NCBI GenBank assembly: GCA_022599575.1
Contig: JAHZMA010000112.1
Location: 1-24,000 of the forward strand
DNA length: 24,000 bases
Reading direction: 5' to 3'
Source of the DNA: Alphaproteobacteria bacterium
GTDB taxonomy: Bacteria; Pseudomonadota; Alphaproteobacteria; JABAAW01; JAHZMA01
Made by a program: the position numbers and the translations under genes. Positions 23,796 to 24,000 of the stretch are shown here, piece by piece (position 1 is the first letter of the stretch; every line of letters begins with the position of its first letter). The notes under the pieces are model-generated. The model worked only from the letters and a program-made list of their open reading frames with translations. It was not told where the DNA came from and searched no databases.

Positions 23796-24000
23796 ATGCC
23801 GTTACGCATTAAATTACCCGCAAATGATAAATTAATTATCAATGGTGCTGTTTTAGAAAATGGTGGCGATGCAACAATCTTGGTGGTGCATAACCGTGCC
23901 GATATATTGCGTCGCAAAGAAATTATGCAAGAAGATGATGCCAAAACGCCTGCGCGTCTGGTTTATTATTCACTGCAATGCGCCTATATGTTTGAGGATA
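23796..24000 (+). CDS. flbT: Flagellar biosynthesis repressor FlbT, N-terminal part (3' end lies outside the window; absent from the ORF track)
   Basis: Manual translation from the ATG at 23796 gives MPLRIKLPANDKLIINGAVLENGGDATILVVHNRADILRRKEIMQEDDAKTPARLVYYSLQCAYMFED. This closely follows the conserved FlbT N-terminus as I recall it (MPLKLsLkPgEKfvlNGAVveNG...vLrekDIMqp..a.TPARriYf). The frame is open to the window end. Confidence 0.8.
   Translation, partial: MPLRIKLPANDKLIINGAVLENGGDATILVVHNRADILRRKEIMQEDDAKTPARLVYYSLQCAYMFED

Noticed and set aside
23744-23944. 66-aa ORF on the minus strand
   Set aside because: It is antisense to the flbT reading frame that starts at 23796, and the flbT translation matches a known conserved family.

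Overview
This is an AT-rich chromosomal segment. It looks alphaproteobacterial, based on a FlbT flagellar regulator, a fused NarK1-NarK2 transporter and an FrcA-like single-domain sugar ABC ATPase.

Contents from left to right:
1. 1-2643 (+): the 3' end of a sulfatase-family gene, translationally coupled to a group II PLP aromatic-amino-acid-type decarboxylase. A flavohaemoglobin-reductase-like FAD/NAD(P)H oxidoreductase follows.
2. 2611-2921: an array of 84-bp G6/C6-ended palindromic repeat elements. The array supplies the last 10 codons and the stop codon of the oxidoreductase gene.
3. 3040-10560 (+): seven tightly packed genes. They encode a ROK/NagC-like regulator, an M20 amidohydrolase, a sugar-type ABC binding protein and permease, a YhfX-family PLP enzyme, an ABC ATPase and a GlmS-type SIS enzyme.
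4. 10657-11394 (+): a Crp/Fnr regulator with an unusual C-terminal CxxCxxC motif.
5. 11411-21991 (-): a complete respiratory nitrate reductase operon, narK(fused)-narG-narH-narJ-narI-ppiC, with an FNR-type box upstream.
6. 22081-22600: a long hairpin-rich intergenic region carrying a second repeat family that abuts tRNA-Phe (22601-22673, -).
7. 22734-23492 (-): an RlmB/TrmH-type RNA methyltransferase gene.
8. 23796-24000 (+): the 5' part of flbT, which is absent from the ORF track.

I saw no transposase, integrase, phage, CRISPR/cas, toxin-antitoxin or recognisable defence genes, and I cannot support a claim of a wholly new system. The most promising leads are:
- the uncharacterised amino-sugar or sugar-amino-acid-type catabolic locus;
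- the Bacillus-like C-terminal Cys motif in the Fnr homologue;
- the Cys-rich tail on NarH;
- the two small palindromic repeat families.
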